Source: Myxococcales bacterium
GTDB lineage: Bacteria; Myxococcota_A; UBA9160; SMWR01
DNA: 52,943 nucleotides
Assembly (NCBI GenBank): GCA_029881215.1
Contig: JAOUNA010000002.1
Coordinates: 1-52,943, forward strand
Direction: 5' to 3'
This document shows positions 26,217 through 35,950 of the stretch, piece by piece (position 1 is the stretch's first letter; each line of letters opens with the position of its first letter). The notes below the pieces were generated by a model. It saw only the letters and a program-made list of their open reading frames with translations. It was not told the DNA's origin and made no database searches. Position numbers and translations under genes: made by a program.

Positions 26217-28088
26217 GTGAGCCGGAGCGGCGCAGCTCCCGCTCCTGCGAGGCTCTTCGGAGCGACATCGGGCCGCTACCCTGGGCGCGTGGGCGACGCG
26301 AACGAACTCCGGCGCATCCTCTCGCGCATCGACGGCAGGGGCTACAAAGCCTATCGCGACCTGCGCGGCGCGTTCGACCTCGGAAGCTCGACCCTGTACG
26401 TGGACCGCGTGCAGGCCGATCCCTTCGCCGCGCCGACGCGGATCCGCGTGCGCATCCCCGCCGAGCGCGCGTCGCTGCCGCCCTCTTCCCTCGAGAATCG
26501 CGTCCGCCGCCTGGCGCTCGCCGACTTCCTCGCGCGCCGGGTGCGCGACGCGACCGACCAGCTCGGCGACCGGAAGCGGGGCAGCGCCAGCAGCGGCCTC
26601 GTGCGCGTGGACGCCGGGGGGCAGCAGGTGCTGGAGCGCAGTGCCGTCGCAATCGCAGACGACTGGGTCGAGGTGCGGCTCGAGGTCGGGCTGCCGGCGG
26701 CGGGACGGCGCGTGCTCGGCCGGCAGGCGGAGGCGCTGCTGTGCGGCGATGTCGCGCGCGTCGCCGAGCGCGGACTCTGCGCGGCGCACGGGCCCGAGGG
26801 CGCGCTGCGTGAGTTCGTCGCGTGCGTCGAGAACCAGGAGGATTTGCGCGCGCAGCTCGACCGCCTCGGCCTGCTCGCATTCGTGGCGAATGGCGCGGTG
26901 CTGCCCCGTGAGAGCGGCAGGAGCGATCGACCGCTGCGCGGCGACGCGGTGATTCCCTTCGCGGCGCCGCGCAGCCTCGAGGTGGAGCTCTCGCTCACGC
27001 ATCCGATGCCGGGCCCGGAAGGCCCGCGCCGAACGCTCACGGGCCTGGGCATTCCGAAGGGCGTGACGCTCATCGTGGGCGGCGGCTACCACGGCAAGTC
27101 GACCCTGCTGCGCGCGCTCGAGCGCGCTGTGTATCCGCACATTCCGGGAGATGGCCGGGAGTGGGTGGTGAGTCGCCCGGATCTGGTGAAGATCCGCGCC
27201 GAGGATGGCCGGCGCGTGGCGTGCGTCGACATCAGCGGCTTCATCTCGGCGCTGCCCGGGGGTCGCCGCACGGACGTCTTCTCGAGCGACGACGCGAGCG
27301 GCAGCACCAGCCAGGCCGCCAACATCGTCGAAGCGGTGGAGGCCGGCGCGCGCGGCCTGCTGCTCGACGAGGACACCTCGGCCACCAACTTCATGGTGCG
27401 CGACGCGCGCATGCAGGCGCTGATCGCGAAGCAGCACGAGCCCATCACCCCCTTCCTCGACCGCGTCCGCGAGCTCTACGAGCGCCAGGGCGTCTCGAGC
27501 GTGCTGGTCATGGGCGGCTGCGGGGACTACTTCGACGTCGCCGACACCGTGATCCTGATGCGCGAGTATCGCCCCCACGACGCCACCCGCAAGGCGCGCA
27601 GCATCGCGCGCGCCCAACCCTCCGCGCGCCGCGCGGAGCTTCGCGACCCCCTGCCGGTCAGCCCCGCGCGCATTCCGCGGCCGGACAGCATCGACGCTTC
27701 GCGGGGCCGGCGCGAAGTGAAGATCGACGCGAAGCACATCGACCTCATCGTCTACGGAACCGAGCCGATCGACCTGCGCTGCGTGGAACAGCTGGTGGAC
27801 CCGAGCCAGACGCGCGCAATCGGCTTCGCGATCCACCTGGCAGCGGAGCGGTTCATGCAGGCGGACGCCTCGCTTGCCGAGATTCTCGAGGCTCTCGAGG
27901 CATTTCTCGACGCCCGGGGACTCGACGCCCTCGAGCCCTTTCACCGCCCGGAGCTTCACCCGGGCAACCTGGCCCGGCCCCGCCGCTTCGAAATCGCCGC
28001 CGCGCTCAACCGCCTGCGAACCCTCGAGATGCGCGTGCTGTCCGAGGGCGCATCCGATGGCCTCGGGCGGCGGGACAGAACCGGGTAA
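26217..28088 (+). CDS. Predicted ABC-class ATPase (COG3044 / MRB1590-like)
   Basis: IDGRGYKAY, VQADPFAAP, Walker A GGGYHGKST, HIPGDGRE, ASGSTSQA and LLDEDTSATNFM motifs. True start may be GTG 26289. Confidence 0.85.
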   Translation: MSRSGAAPAPARLFGATSGRYPGRVGDANELRRILSRIDGRGYKAYRDLRGAFDLGSSTLYVDRVQADPFAAPTRIRVRIPAERASLPPSSLENRVRRLALADFLARRVRDATDQLGDRKRGSASSGLVRVDAGGQQVLERSAVAIADDWVEVRLEVGLPAAGRRVLGRQAEALLCGDVARVAERGLCAAHGPEGALREFVACVENQEDLRAQLDRLGLLAFVANGAVLPRESGRSDRPLRGDAVIPFAAPRSLEVELSLTHPMPGPEGPRRTLTGLGIPKGVTLIVGGGYHGKSTLLRALERAVYPHIPGDGREWVVSRPDLVKIRAEDGRRVACVDISGFISALPGGRRTDVFSSDDASGSTSQAANIVEAVEAGARGLLLDEDTSATNFMVRDARMQALIAKQHEPITPFLDRVRELYERQGVSSVLVMGGCGDYFDVADTVILMREYRPHDATRKARSIARAQPSARRAELRDPLPVSPARIPRPDSIDASRGRREVKIDAKHIDLIVYGTEPIDLRCVEQLVDPSQTRAIGFAIHLAAERFMQADASLAEILEALEAFLDARGLDALEPFHRPELHPGNLARPRRFEIAAALNRLRTLEMRVLSEGASDGLGRRDRTG

Positions 28089-28099
28089 GCTCACGGCCC

Positions 28100-29038
28100 A
28101 TGAAGCGCGTGCTCTGCCTCTTCACGACGCGACCCGCGATCGTCGAGCTGACGCCCGTGCTGCGCGCGCTCGACGCACGCCGCGAGCGCATCGCGACGCG
28201 CCACGTGGCCGCCTCCCCGCGCGCAGAGCTCCTCCAGCTCTTCGCGCGCGACGTCGGCATGCGAGTCGATCACGACCTCCCGCTGGCGGAGACGTGTCAG
28301 AGTGCGGCAGAGATCGTCTCCAGCGTGCTCGCGTCGCTCGATCCGCTCTTCGAGAGCGAGCCGATCCAGCTGCTGCTCGTCCAGGGAGAGACGAGCGCGG
28401 CGCTGGCCGGCGCGCTCGGCGCCTTCCTGCGCGGCATTCCCGTCGCCTACCTGGAGGCGGATGCATCCGTTCGGGCAGGCGCGCAGCCTTCGCCCGAGGC
28501 GTTTCATCACAGACTCATCGCGCATCTGGCTTCGCTGCACTTTGCGCCGACGCAGGGCAGCGGAGACAGTGGAGAGCGCATCGCCGATGCCCTCGAACGC
28601 TTCCTCGCGGCACGATCGGCGCGCGCGCGCGACGCAGACCCGTCGCCCGGCGCGGCCCGCTCGCTCGCGGATTTCGTGGCGGCGGCGAAGCAGTGCGTCG
28701 TGGAAATCCCGCCCGAGGAGGCGCGGCGCATCCTCGACGCACCGGATCGCGAGGGCTGGAGCTTCGTGGATGTGCGCGAGCCGGACGAATACGCCGAAGG
28801 CCACGTACCCGGCGCCCGCAGCTTCCCGCGCGGCTTTCTCGAGGTTCGGGCAGACCTCGAGCACTACAAGCGCGATGCCTGGCTCGCGGACCGCAGCCGC
28901 AAGCTGATCCTCTACTGCGGCGGGGGGCATCGCAGCGCGCTGGCCGCGCAGACCCTGCGGCAGATGGGATTCCAGCGCGTGGTGTCGATGTCGGAAGGTT
29001 GGACGGGCTGGACGCAGCGCGACTACCCGCAGGAGTGA
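28100..29038 (+). CDS. Fusion protein: degenerate, internally deleted UDP-GlcNAc 2-epimerase (WecB-like) domain + rhodanese domain
   Basis: 3' part of ORF 27161..29038 from ATG 28100. WecB-like motifs FTTRP, VQGET, YLEA and LHFAPT, then rhodanese motifs VDVREPDEYAEGHVPGA and YCGGGHRSALAA. Confidence 0.75.
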   Translation: MKRVLCLFTTRPAIVELTPVLRALDARRERIATRHVAASPRAELLQLFARDVGMRVDHDLPLAETCQSAAEIVSSVLASLDPLFESEPIQLLLVQGETSAALAGALGAFLRGIPVAYLEADASVRAGAQPSPEAFHHRLIAHLASLHFAPTQGSGDSGERIADALERFLAARSARARDADPSPGAARSLADFVAAAKQCVVEIPPEEARRILDAPDREGWSFVDVREPDEYAEGHVPGARSFPRGFLEVRADLEHYKRDAWLADRSRKLILYCGGGHRSALAAQTLRQMGFQRVVSMSEGWTGWTQRDYPQE

Positions 29039-29102
29039 TGCGGCGGGCGCCAGCGGGCCGCCCGCGCGGCCGCCGCGCGCCGCCGCGGCTATGCTTCGCG
29101 GC

Positions 29103-29726
29103 ATGGTCCATCGCTTCGACTCGGCGCTGCGCGGACGCGTCGCTGCCCACTTGCAGCGCTTCGATTGCCGCGCCCACGGCGGGCCCGGCCTGCGCCACGC
29201 GGCGGTCGCGGTCACGCTTCTCGCCGACGGCGAAGGCCGCGCCTGTTTCGCGCTCACGCGGCGCACCACGCGCCTGAGCGCCCACAAGGGGCAATGGGCG
29301 CTCCCCGGCGGACGCGTGGACGCCGGCGAGACACCCGCCGAGGCCGCCTTGCGCGAGCTCGGCGAAGAGCTCGGGCTCGAGCTCCCGGCCGACAGCGTGC
29401 TCGGCCGGCTCGACGACTACCCGACGCGCTCGGGCTACTGCATCAGCCCGGTGGTGATCTGGGCGGGCGACGGCGCCCGACTCGAGCCGAACCCGGACGA
29501 GGTCGCCGCCGCCTACTGCGTGCCGCTGGCGGAGCTCGAGCGCGACGACGTGCCGCGGCTGCGGGCCATTCCCGAGAGCGATCGCCCCGTGCTCTGCATC
29601 CCCCTGCTGGGCGCGCACATCCACGCGCCGACGGCGGCCATCCTGTACCAGCTGCGCGAGGTGGGGCTGCGCGGCGAGGCCACGCGCGTGGCCCACTACG
29701 AGCAGCCGGTCTTCGCCTGGCGCTGA
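29103..29726 (+). CDS. Nudix hydrolase, CoA pyrophosphatase (NudL/Pcd1-like)
   Basis: LTRR..RLSAHKGQWALPGG NuCoA-like motif; Nudix box GGRVDAGETPAEAALRELGEELGL; NPDEV. Confidence 0.88.
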   Translation: MVHRFDSALRGRVAAHLQRFDCRAHGGPGLRHAAVAVTLLADGEGRACFALTRRTTRLSAHKGQWALPGGRVDAGETPAEAALRELGEELGLELPADSVLGRLDDYPTRSGYCISPVVIWAGDGARLEPNPDEVAAAYCVPLAELERDDVPRLRAIPESDRPVLCIPLLGAHIHAPTAAILYQLREVGLRGEATRVAHYEQPVFAWR

Positions 29727-29760
29727 GCTTCGGGGATCACTCGGGAGCTGCGTCCGGTCG

Positions 29761-30522
29761 ATGAGTCCCGACATGACGCGATCCAGCGGGATCTCCACCG
29801 AGGGCTGGACGGCGCTGTGGGCTGGGGCGCTGCTCGCCGCCGTCGCGCTGTGGCTTCCGCTGGCGAGCTTCGTTCTCTCCTACTTCAGCGTGCTGGTCCA
29901 CGAGATGGGCCACGCGCTGATGGGCTGGATCTACGGCTATCCATCGCTTCCCGCGTTCGACTTCGTCTACGGAGGCGGCGTCACCTCGCACACGCAGCGG
30001 GCACCGGCGTTGGCGCTCGGCGTGCAGGGCGCGCTGCTCGGAGTCGCCTGGGTCGTCCGCCGCAATCCCGCCGGCCTGATGCTCGCCCTCGGCAGCGCCG
30101 CGCTGTATGCGCTCACCGCCTGGACCCCTCTCCACGAGCCCCTGATCGTCGCCATGGGGCCCGGCGCGGAGCTCGTCGTCTCCGCCGTCTTCCTGCACCG
30201 CGGGCTCAGCGGACGCACCTGCCACCACCGAGCCGAACGGTTCGCCTACGCTTTCCTCGGCTGGTTCGTCATCCTCGACAATCTGCGCTTCGCGCATCGG
30301 CTCCTCACCAGCGCCTTCCAGCGGGAGATCTACGCGGAGGCCAAGGGCGGCGGGCACTGGATGGACTTCTCCGTGCTGGCCGAACAGCACCTGCACGTCG
30401 CCCTCGAGCAGGTCGCCGCGCTCTTTCTCATCCTGTGCTTGCTCGCGCCGACCCTCGCCGTTCTCGGCAACTGGAACCGCCGGACGCTCGCTGCCGCGAT
30501 CCTCGAGCTGCGCCGCCTGTAA
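29761..30522 (+). CDS. Integral membrane protein with HExxH motif (peptidase M50-like)
   Basis: VHEMGH within a hydrophobic N-terminus; about 6 TM segments. Confidence 0.6.
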   Translation: MSPDMTRSSGISTEGWTALWAGALLAAVALWLPLASFVLSYFSVLVHEMGHALMGWIYGYPSLPAFDFVYGGGVTSHTQRAPALALGVQGALLGVAWVVRRNPAGLMLALGSAALYALTAWTPLHEPLIVAMGPGAELVVSAVFLHRGLSGRTCHHRAERFAYAFLGWFVILDNLRFAHRLLTSAFQREIYAEAKGGGHWMDFSVLAEQHLHVALEQVAALFLILCLLAPTLAVLGNWNRRTLAAAILELRRL

Positions 30523-30548
30523 ACGCGCGCACGGCCAGCGCGCCGCGC

Positions 30549-33350
30549 TCAGTCGGCCACGCGCTCCACGCGCACCGCGCAGAACTTGAACTCGGGGATC
30601 TTCCCGTCCGGATCGAGCTCGTCGAGGGTGAGCAAATTGGCCGCGGCCTCGCGGAAGTGGAACGGGATGAATACGGACCCCGGGTACTCGCGCACCGCGA
30701 CGCGCGCGCGCAACGTGACGCTGCCCCGAGGACTCGCGACGCGCACCCGATCCCCGTCGGCGATATCGAGCTTGGCAGCGTCATCCGGATGGATGCCGAC
30801 GAACGCCTCCGGCTCGATGGCATCCAGGGCCCGGGCGCGGCGCGTCATCGAGCCGGTGTGCCAGTGCTCGAGCAGGCGGCCGGTGTTCAGCACGAACGGA
30901 TAGACGTCGTCGGGCAGCTCGCGCGCCGCCTCCCACTCGGCCGGCACGAACTTCGCCTTGCCGCTCTCCGTGGGGAAGCCGCCCGAGAACAGCACGACGG
31001 GGCCGTCCTCGTTCTCGGGGTCCGGATTCGGCCACAACCTTCCGGTCGGGCTGAGATTCCCGTAGGAGAGCGTCGCGTAGGAGCCCGAGAGCTGCGCGAA
31101 CTCGTCGAAGATCTCCTCCGAAGAGCCGTAGTGCATCGGGTAGCCCATGCGCGTCGAGATGTCGCAGATGATCTGCCAGTCGAGTCGCGCCTGGCCGGGC
31201 ATGCGCAGGGCGGGGCGACCGATCTGCACGCGGCGGTCCGTATTGGTGTAGGTGCCGAGCTTCTCGAGATAGGCGCTGGCCGGCAGGATCACGTCTGCGA
31301 ACTCGGCCGTTTCGGTCAAGAAGATGTCCTGCACCACGAGGAAGTCGAGATTGGCCAGCGCCTGGCGCACCTTGTTGACGTTCGGGTCCGAGAGGAAGGG
31401 ATTCTCTCCCATGATGTACATGCCCTGGATGCTGCCCTCGAGCGCGCCCTTCGTGATCTCGACGACCGTGAGGCCGCGCACCGGCGAGAGCGGCCGCCCC
31501 CAAGCCCGCTCGAACTTTTCGCGAACCTCGGGGTTCTCGACGGGCTGATAGTCCGGATACGCCATGGGGATCAGGCCCGCGTCGCTGGCGCCTTGCACGT
31601 TGTTCTGACCGCGCAGCGGATGCAGTCCCGAGCCCGCCCTTCCCACGTTGCCCGTCAACAGCGCGAGCGAGATGAGACAGCGCGCGTTGTTCGTGCCGTA
31701 TACGTGCTGCGAGATGCCCATGCCCCAGAAGATGATCGCGCTCCGCGCTCGACCGAACGCGCGCGCAATCGCGCGGATGGTGTCCGGCTCGATGCCGCAG
31801 ATCTTCGCGGCCAGGTCCGGCGTGTACCTGCCGACCACCTCCCGCAGCGCATCGAAATTCTCCGTGTGCTGCTCCACGTAGGCCCGATCCACCAGATCCT
31901 CCGCGATGATGACGTGCATCATCGCGTTGTAGAAGGCCACGTCGGTACCGGGCTTGATGCGGCAGTAGAAATCCGCGTGATCGGCCAGATCGGAGCGCCG
32001 CGGATCCACGACGATGAGCTTCGTTCCCGCCTTGTGCGCCTGCTTGAAGAAGCTGGCCGCAACGGGGTGATTGGCGGTGGCATTCGAGCCAACCACCAAC
32101 GCGGCCTCGGCGTTGACGATGTCGCCGTACGTGGTGGTGACGGCGCCGCTGCCGATCATCTCGAGCAGGGCAGCCACGCTCGACGCATGACACAAGCGCG
32201 TGCAGTGATCGACGTTGTGCGTTCCCCAGGCCGCGCGGATCAACTTCTGGAAGAGATACGCCTCCTCGTTGGAGCACTTCGCGCTGCCGAAGCCCGCCAG
32301 CGCGTCCGGCCCGCTCGTGTCCCGAATGGCGCAGAGTCGCGCCGCGACGAGATCGAGCGCCTCGTCCCAGGTTGCCTCGCGGAAGGCGGGCATCACCTCC
32401 GCGTAGTCGACCAGACCACCGGGCTTGCGGCGCCCATCGTGCTCGCCGCGGACGTCTCTCGACAGGGCTCCCTTCGGGTAGTGGGAGTCCCGCCGGATCA
32501 GCGGCACCGTCAGTCGCTGCGCGTGCTGCGCGTAGTCCCAGCCGTAGCGACCCTTGACACACAGGCGCTGCTGATTCCCCGGGCTCTCGCGGCCCTCGGC
32601 GAAGACGATCGAATTCTCTTGTTCGTCCACGTAGTAGGTGAGCGCACAACCGACGCCGCAGTAGGGACAGACGCTGGCGACCCGCGCGAGCTGCGCTCGA
32701 GGCCGCAGCGGCCGAACGATCGGCTTGTCCACCAGGGCGCCGGTCGGACACACCGCGGCGCACTCGCCGCAGGACACGCAGCTGCTCGCGCCCATCGGAA
32801 GGTCCAGATCGAACGCGATGCGCGCGCTGTAGCCCTTGCCGGTACGGCCCATGACCTCGTTGTTCTGCACATCGTCACACGCGCGTATGCAGCGATCACA
32901 GAGGATGCAGGCCTGGTGATCGACGGCAATCACCGACGAGCTTGCATCCGTCGGCCGGGCGTCGCCGCGGGGCAGGCGCTCGCCCCGCGCATCGTAACGG
33001 CGGGCGAGATCGAGCAGCGCGTTGCCTCCCACGGTGGATTCCTTGGGATCCTCCGCCTCGGTCGGCTGATCCGACATCAAGAGCTCGGTGAGCATCTTGC
33101 GATGCAACTCGACTTCGGGCGTGGAGGTCTTGACTTCCATGCCCGGGGCGCAGCGGCGCACGCAGGACGCCGCCAGCACGCGCTCTCCGACGTCCACCAC
33201 GCACATGCGACAGACGCCCACGGGGTCGAGGCGGGAATCGTGACACAGCACCGGAATCTCGATGCCGCGGGAACGCGCGGCCTCCCAGATCGTGGCGCCC
33301 TCGTGCACCTCGACCCGCAACCCGTCGATCGTGAGCTCGATCCTCGACAC
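30549..33350 (-). CDS. fdhF: Formate dehydrogenase alpha subunit (NAD-linked, FDH1-type, Mo/W-bis-MGD)
   Basis: 2Fe-2S LCH...GVCRMC...ASC; two 4Fe-4S motifs CILCDRC and CVSCGEC; CPYCGVGC; active site DHCTRLCHASS (Cys ligand); LRGQNNVQG; C-terminal PEFKFCAV. Confidence 0.93.
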   Translation of the reverse strand: MSRIELTIDGLRVEVHEGATIWEAARSRGIEIPVLCHDSRLDPVGVCRMCVVDVGERVLAASCVRRCAPGMEVKTSTPEVELHRKMLTELLMSDQPTEAEDPKESTVGGNALLDLARRYDARGERLPRGDARPTDASSSVIAVDHQACILCDRCIRACDDVQNNEVMGRTGKGYSARIAFDLDLPMGASSCVSCGECAAVCPTGALVDKPIVRPLRPRAQLARVASVCPYCGVGCALTYYVDEQENSIVFAEGRESPGNQQRLCVKGRYGWDYAQHAQRLTVPLIRRDSHYPKGALSRDVRGEHDGRRKPGGLVDYAEVMPAFREATWDEALDLVAARLCAIRDTSGPDALAGFGSAKCSNEEAYLFQKLIRAAWGTHNVDHCTRLCHASSVAALLEMIGSGAVTTTYGDIVNAEAALVVGSNATANHPVAASFFKQAHKAGTKLIVVDPRRSDLADHADFYCRIKPGTDVAFYNAMMHVIIAEDLVDRAYVEQHTENFDALREVVGRYTPDLAAKICGIEPDTIRAIARAFGRARSAIIFWGMGISQHVYGTNNARCLISLALLTGNVGRAGSGLHPLRGQNNVQGASDAGLIPMAYPDYQPVENPEVREKFERAWGRPLSPVRGLTVVEITKGALEGSIQGMYIMGENPFLSDPNVNKVRQALANLDFLVVQDIFLTETAEFADVILPASAYLEKLGTYTNTDRRVQIGRPALRMPGQARLDWQIICDISTRMGYPMHYGSSEEIFDEFAQLSGSYATLSYGNLSPTGRLWPNPDPENEDGPVVLFSGGFPTESGKAKFVPAEWEAARELPDDVYPFVLNTGRLLEHWHTGSMTRRARALDAIEPEAFVGIHPDDAAKLDIADGDRVRVASPRGSVTLRARVAVREYPGSVFIPFHFREAAANLLTLDELDPDGKIPEFKFCAVRVERVAD

Positions 33351-33354
33351 GCGC

Positions 33355-35127
33355 CTAGATTCCCACCGGTTGGCTGTCGACCGCGAGGTCTGCGAGCACC
33401 GAGGCGGAAAGATATCCCCGCTCGGTCCAGCCGCGGGCGAGATTGTAGCTGCGAATCATCTCCTGGAGGCATTCGCGCGTGAGGCGCGCGCCGTCGGCCG
33501 TGCCGTCGGGGAGCGACTCCGAGAGAAAGCGCTCCGGGAGCGCGTCGTCCTCGGGCTTCCAGCCTTCGCGGATGTTGAACGACTTGCGCAGGCTGACGAT
33601 GCGCCGCGCGATCCCCTGGAGCTCGGCGGCGCTGACATCCCATCCCACGACGGCTTGCAGCAGCTCCGCCGTGTCCGCGTAGAAATCCTCGAAGACGCCG
33701 CGCAGGAACTTGCAGAGGATGAGCGAGTCGATCAACGCCGCCCGATCCTCCGTTTCGAGCGCGAGCTGCGCGGCCCGCGCGTCCCCGTGCAGGCGGTCCA
33801 CGCGATCCGAGAAATCGAGCTCGTAGGCGCCACTCCTGTTGTGATCCGCCCCGCGCGTGCCCACCGCAAAGCCGAGCGCCATCGTCTGCAACGCACGGGG
33901 CTCGTATCCCGGAATTTCGAGTCCCTTCACCTGCGGCGCAAAGTCGAGGCTGCCGCGACCGACCTGGATCGCTGCGCGGCGCGAGCCTTCCGCGAGGAGA
34001 TCGCCCAGCCCGCGCCGCTGCGCGATGTCGTCGAGCAGCGCGAGCAGCCCCGCACCGTCGCCAAAGCGCGGCGCTTCGGGCAGGTAGCCGCGCTCGCCGC
34101 ACTCCATCGCGAATGCGATGGTGCCGCCGGCCGAAACGGTGTCGAGGCCGAGTTCGTCGCAGCGCCGCGATGCGGCCAGCACGGCGTCTGCGTCCGAGAC
34201 GCCACAGAGGGAGCCCAGCGCGAAGAGGTTCTCGTACTCGATCCGCGTCCTGTCGGTCCTGTTGAAGCCGTAGATGTGCGTGCAGCCGATGGTGCAGCTC
34301 GCGCACGTCGATCGAGCCCGCTCGCGCGCGCTCTGCAGGTCCTCGGCCGCGAGCGCCTCCGCGCCGGCAAAGCTGCCGCTCTGAAAGTTTCGCGTGGGAA
34401 GCGCGGCAATCCGGTTGAACGCCATCAGATTCGCCACCGTGCCGAGCTCTCGGTACTTGGCGGTCTCGGGGCCGAGCGAGCGCCGGGACAGCTCCCGCGC
34501 GAGACGCGCGACCCGCTCCGGATCCGCGACGGGCGTGACCTGCTCGCCGTCGACCACGAGGGCCTTGAGACGCTTGGCGCCCATGACGGCGCCGAGACCT
34601 CCGCGGCCCGCGTGGCGCCCGTCGTTCGAGATCGTCGCGAAGCGCACGCCGTTCTCGCCCGCCACACCGATCGCCGCCACGCGCCCGTGAGGGGCGAGCG
34701 CCTCCGCCGCCTCCCGGGCGGAGCACCCCCACAGCGACGTCGGGCGCAGCGCGCCATTCACGAGCTCCGAAGGCTGCGCACAGCGGCCGACCAGCACGAT
34801 GGCGTCGACGCCGCTGCGCTTGCCGGCGATCGCGAAATGCGAGCCCGAGAGGCCGTCGCTGACGAATCCCGTGAGCGGCGACTTCCCCACCACCGCGAGC
34901 TTCGCGGAGGTCGTGAGCGGCGTGCCGACCAGGGGCGAGAAGCAGAAGATCAGGGGCGCCTCCGGAGACAGCGGATCCACGCGCGGCGGCGCCTCGCGGT
35001 GCAGCAGCCAGGCGCCCAGCCCCACGCCCCCCAGATGTCGGCGCAACACCGACTCGGGCAGCGGAAGGATTTCCTGGCGGCCCGTGGTCAGATCGAATCG
35101 CGCGTAGCGACCGTGGAATCCGTACAC
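33355..35127 (-). CDS. aor: Aldehyde:ferredoxin oxidoreductase (tungsten WOR/AOR family)
   Basis: GKSPLTG, AGRGGLGAVMGAKRLKA, CASCTIGC plus a distal Cys in LILCKF (4Fe-4S), EYEN, DELGLDTVS, VKGLEIPGYEPR and DALPERF motifs. Confidence 0.92.
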   Translation of the reverse strand: MYGFHGRYARFDLTTGRQEILPLPESVLRRHLGGVGLGAWLLHREAPPRVDPLSPEAPLIFCFSPLVGTPLTTSAKLAVVGKSPLTGFVSDGLSGSHFAIAGKRSGVDAIVLVGRCAQPSELVNGALRPTSLWGCSAREAAEALAPHGRVAAIGVAGENGVRFATISNDGRHAGRGGLGAVMGAKRLKALVVDGEQVTPVADPERVARLARELSRRSLGPETAKYRELGTVANLMAFNRIAALPTRNFQSGSFAGAEALAAEDLQSARERARSTCASCTIGCTHIYGFNRTDRTRIEYENLFALGSLCGVSDADAVLAASRRCDELGLDTVSAGGTIAFAMECGERGYLPEAPRFGDGAGLLALLDDIAQRRGLGDLLAEGSRRAAIQVGRGSLDFAPQVKGLEIPGYEPRALQTMALGFAVGTRGADHNRSGAYELDFSDRVDRLHGDARAAQLALETEDRAALIDSLILCKFLRGVFEDFYADTAELLQAVVGWDVSAAELQGIARRIVSLRKSFNIREGWKPEDDALPERFLSESLPDGTADGARLTRECLQEMIRSYNLARGWTERGYLSASVLADLAVDSQPVGI

Positions 35128-35130
35128 GCG

Positions 35131-35946
35131 TCAGCCCCCCACCGACGCATCCATGACGATCACGTGCTCACCGGGTCCGACGGGAATCGAGGCGTCGCGC
35201 ACGAAAGCGCGCGCCTCGATCGACACCAGGAATGGACGAGCGACGCGCTCGCCCTCGAGGAGCTCGAGCGTCGGATGCGCCCGCGACAACACCTCGGCCA
35301 GGGTCCCCACCGGCACCTCGAGCGTGCGGCACCCCATCGCGAGGCGCGCTCGCCCCAGGAACTCGAGCGTCGCGACCGCGTGCTCGTCCTCCTCCCGCAC
35401 CGCCTTCAGATATTCATCCGGCGTATTGAAGCCGCGCAGGGATTGCAGATCCGGCAGCTCGCGCGCCGGCACCCTGCGGTAGTGCAAGGCCTCGAGGAGA
35501 AAGAGCGGCCGCATGCGCCCGGCCAGGATCAGCGCCTCGGCGTGCTCGAGCGCGGCCTTCGGATAGACCGCGGAGAGCGTCTGCACGTAACCGTCCACAT
35601 CGGGCGCCGCGGCACACCCGAAAGCGAGCATCGCCTCGACATAGCGCGGCGTGATGAAGGGTGCATCCGTTGCGCAGACGAACGCGAGATCGCCGCGCAG
35701 ATGCGCCAGACCCTCGCGAATCCCGGCCAACGGCCCGAGTCCCGGCGCGCGATCTCGCACGACGCACGCAGCGAGCGGGGGCAGCCCGTGATCCTTCGAA
35801 GCGACGACGATCACCTCGCCCACGACCTGGCGCAGGATTTCGACGACGTGCGCGACGAGGGGCCGATCGCGCCAGGGAAGCCACGCCTTGTCCCTCCCCA
35901 TGCGGGAGGATCTGCCTCCGCACAATACGATGCCTGCCGCGGTCAC
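35131..35946 (-). CDS. mobA: Molybdenum cofactor guanylyltransferase fused to a C-terminal MoaD/ThiS-like ubiquitin domain ending in Gly-Gly
   Basis: Start set at GTG 35946. LCGGRSSRMGRDKA, GPLAGI, ATDAPF and FNTPDEY motifs, then about 80 aa beta-grasp-like tail ending MDASVGG-stop. Confidence 0.85.
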   Translation of the reverse strand: MTAAGIVLCGGRSSRMGRDKAWLPWRDRPLVAHVVEILRQVVGEVIVVASKDHGLPPLAACVVRDRAPGLGPLAGIREGLAHLRGDLAFVCATDAPFITPRYVEAMLAFGCAAAPDVDGYVQTLSAVYPKAALEHAEALILAGRMRPLFLLEALHYRRVPARELPDLQSLRGFNTPDEYLKAVREEDEHAVATLEFLGRARLAMGCRTLEVPVGTLAEVLSRAHPTLELLEGERVARPFLVSIEARAFVRDASIPVGPGEHVIVMDASVGG

Positions 35947-35950
35947 GGCC

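Noticed and set aside
32180-32225. Possible selenocysteine in formate dehydrogenase (also checked in MsrB)
   Set aside because: The active-site residue is Cys (RLCHASS; RYCMNS in MsrB) with no in-frame TGA.
29817-33482. 1221-aa plus-strand ORF, and similar long ORFs at 33262-36057 and 35888-38782
   Set aside because: They overlap the well-supported fdh, aor, mobA and diaphorase genes on the opposite strand and contain no recognisable domains.
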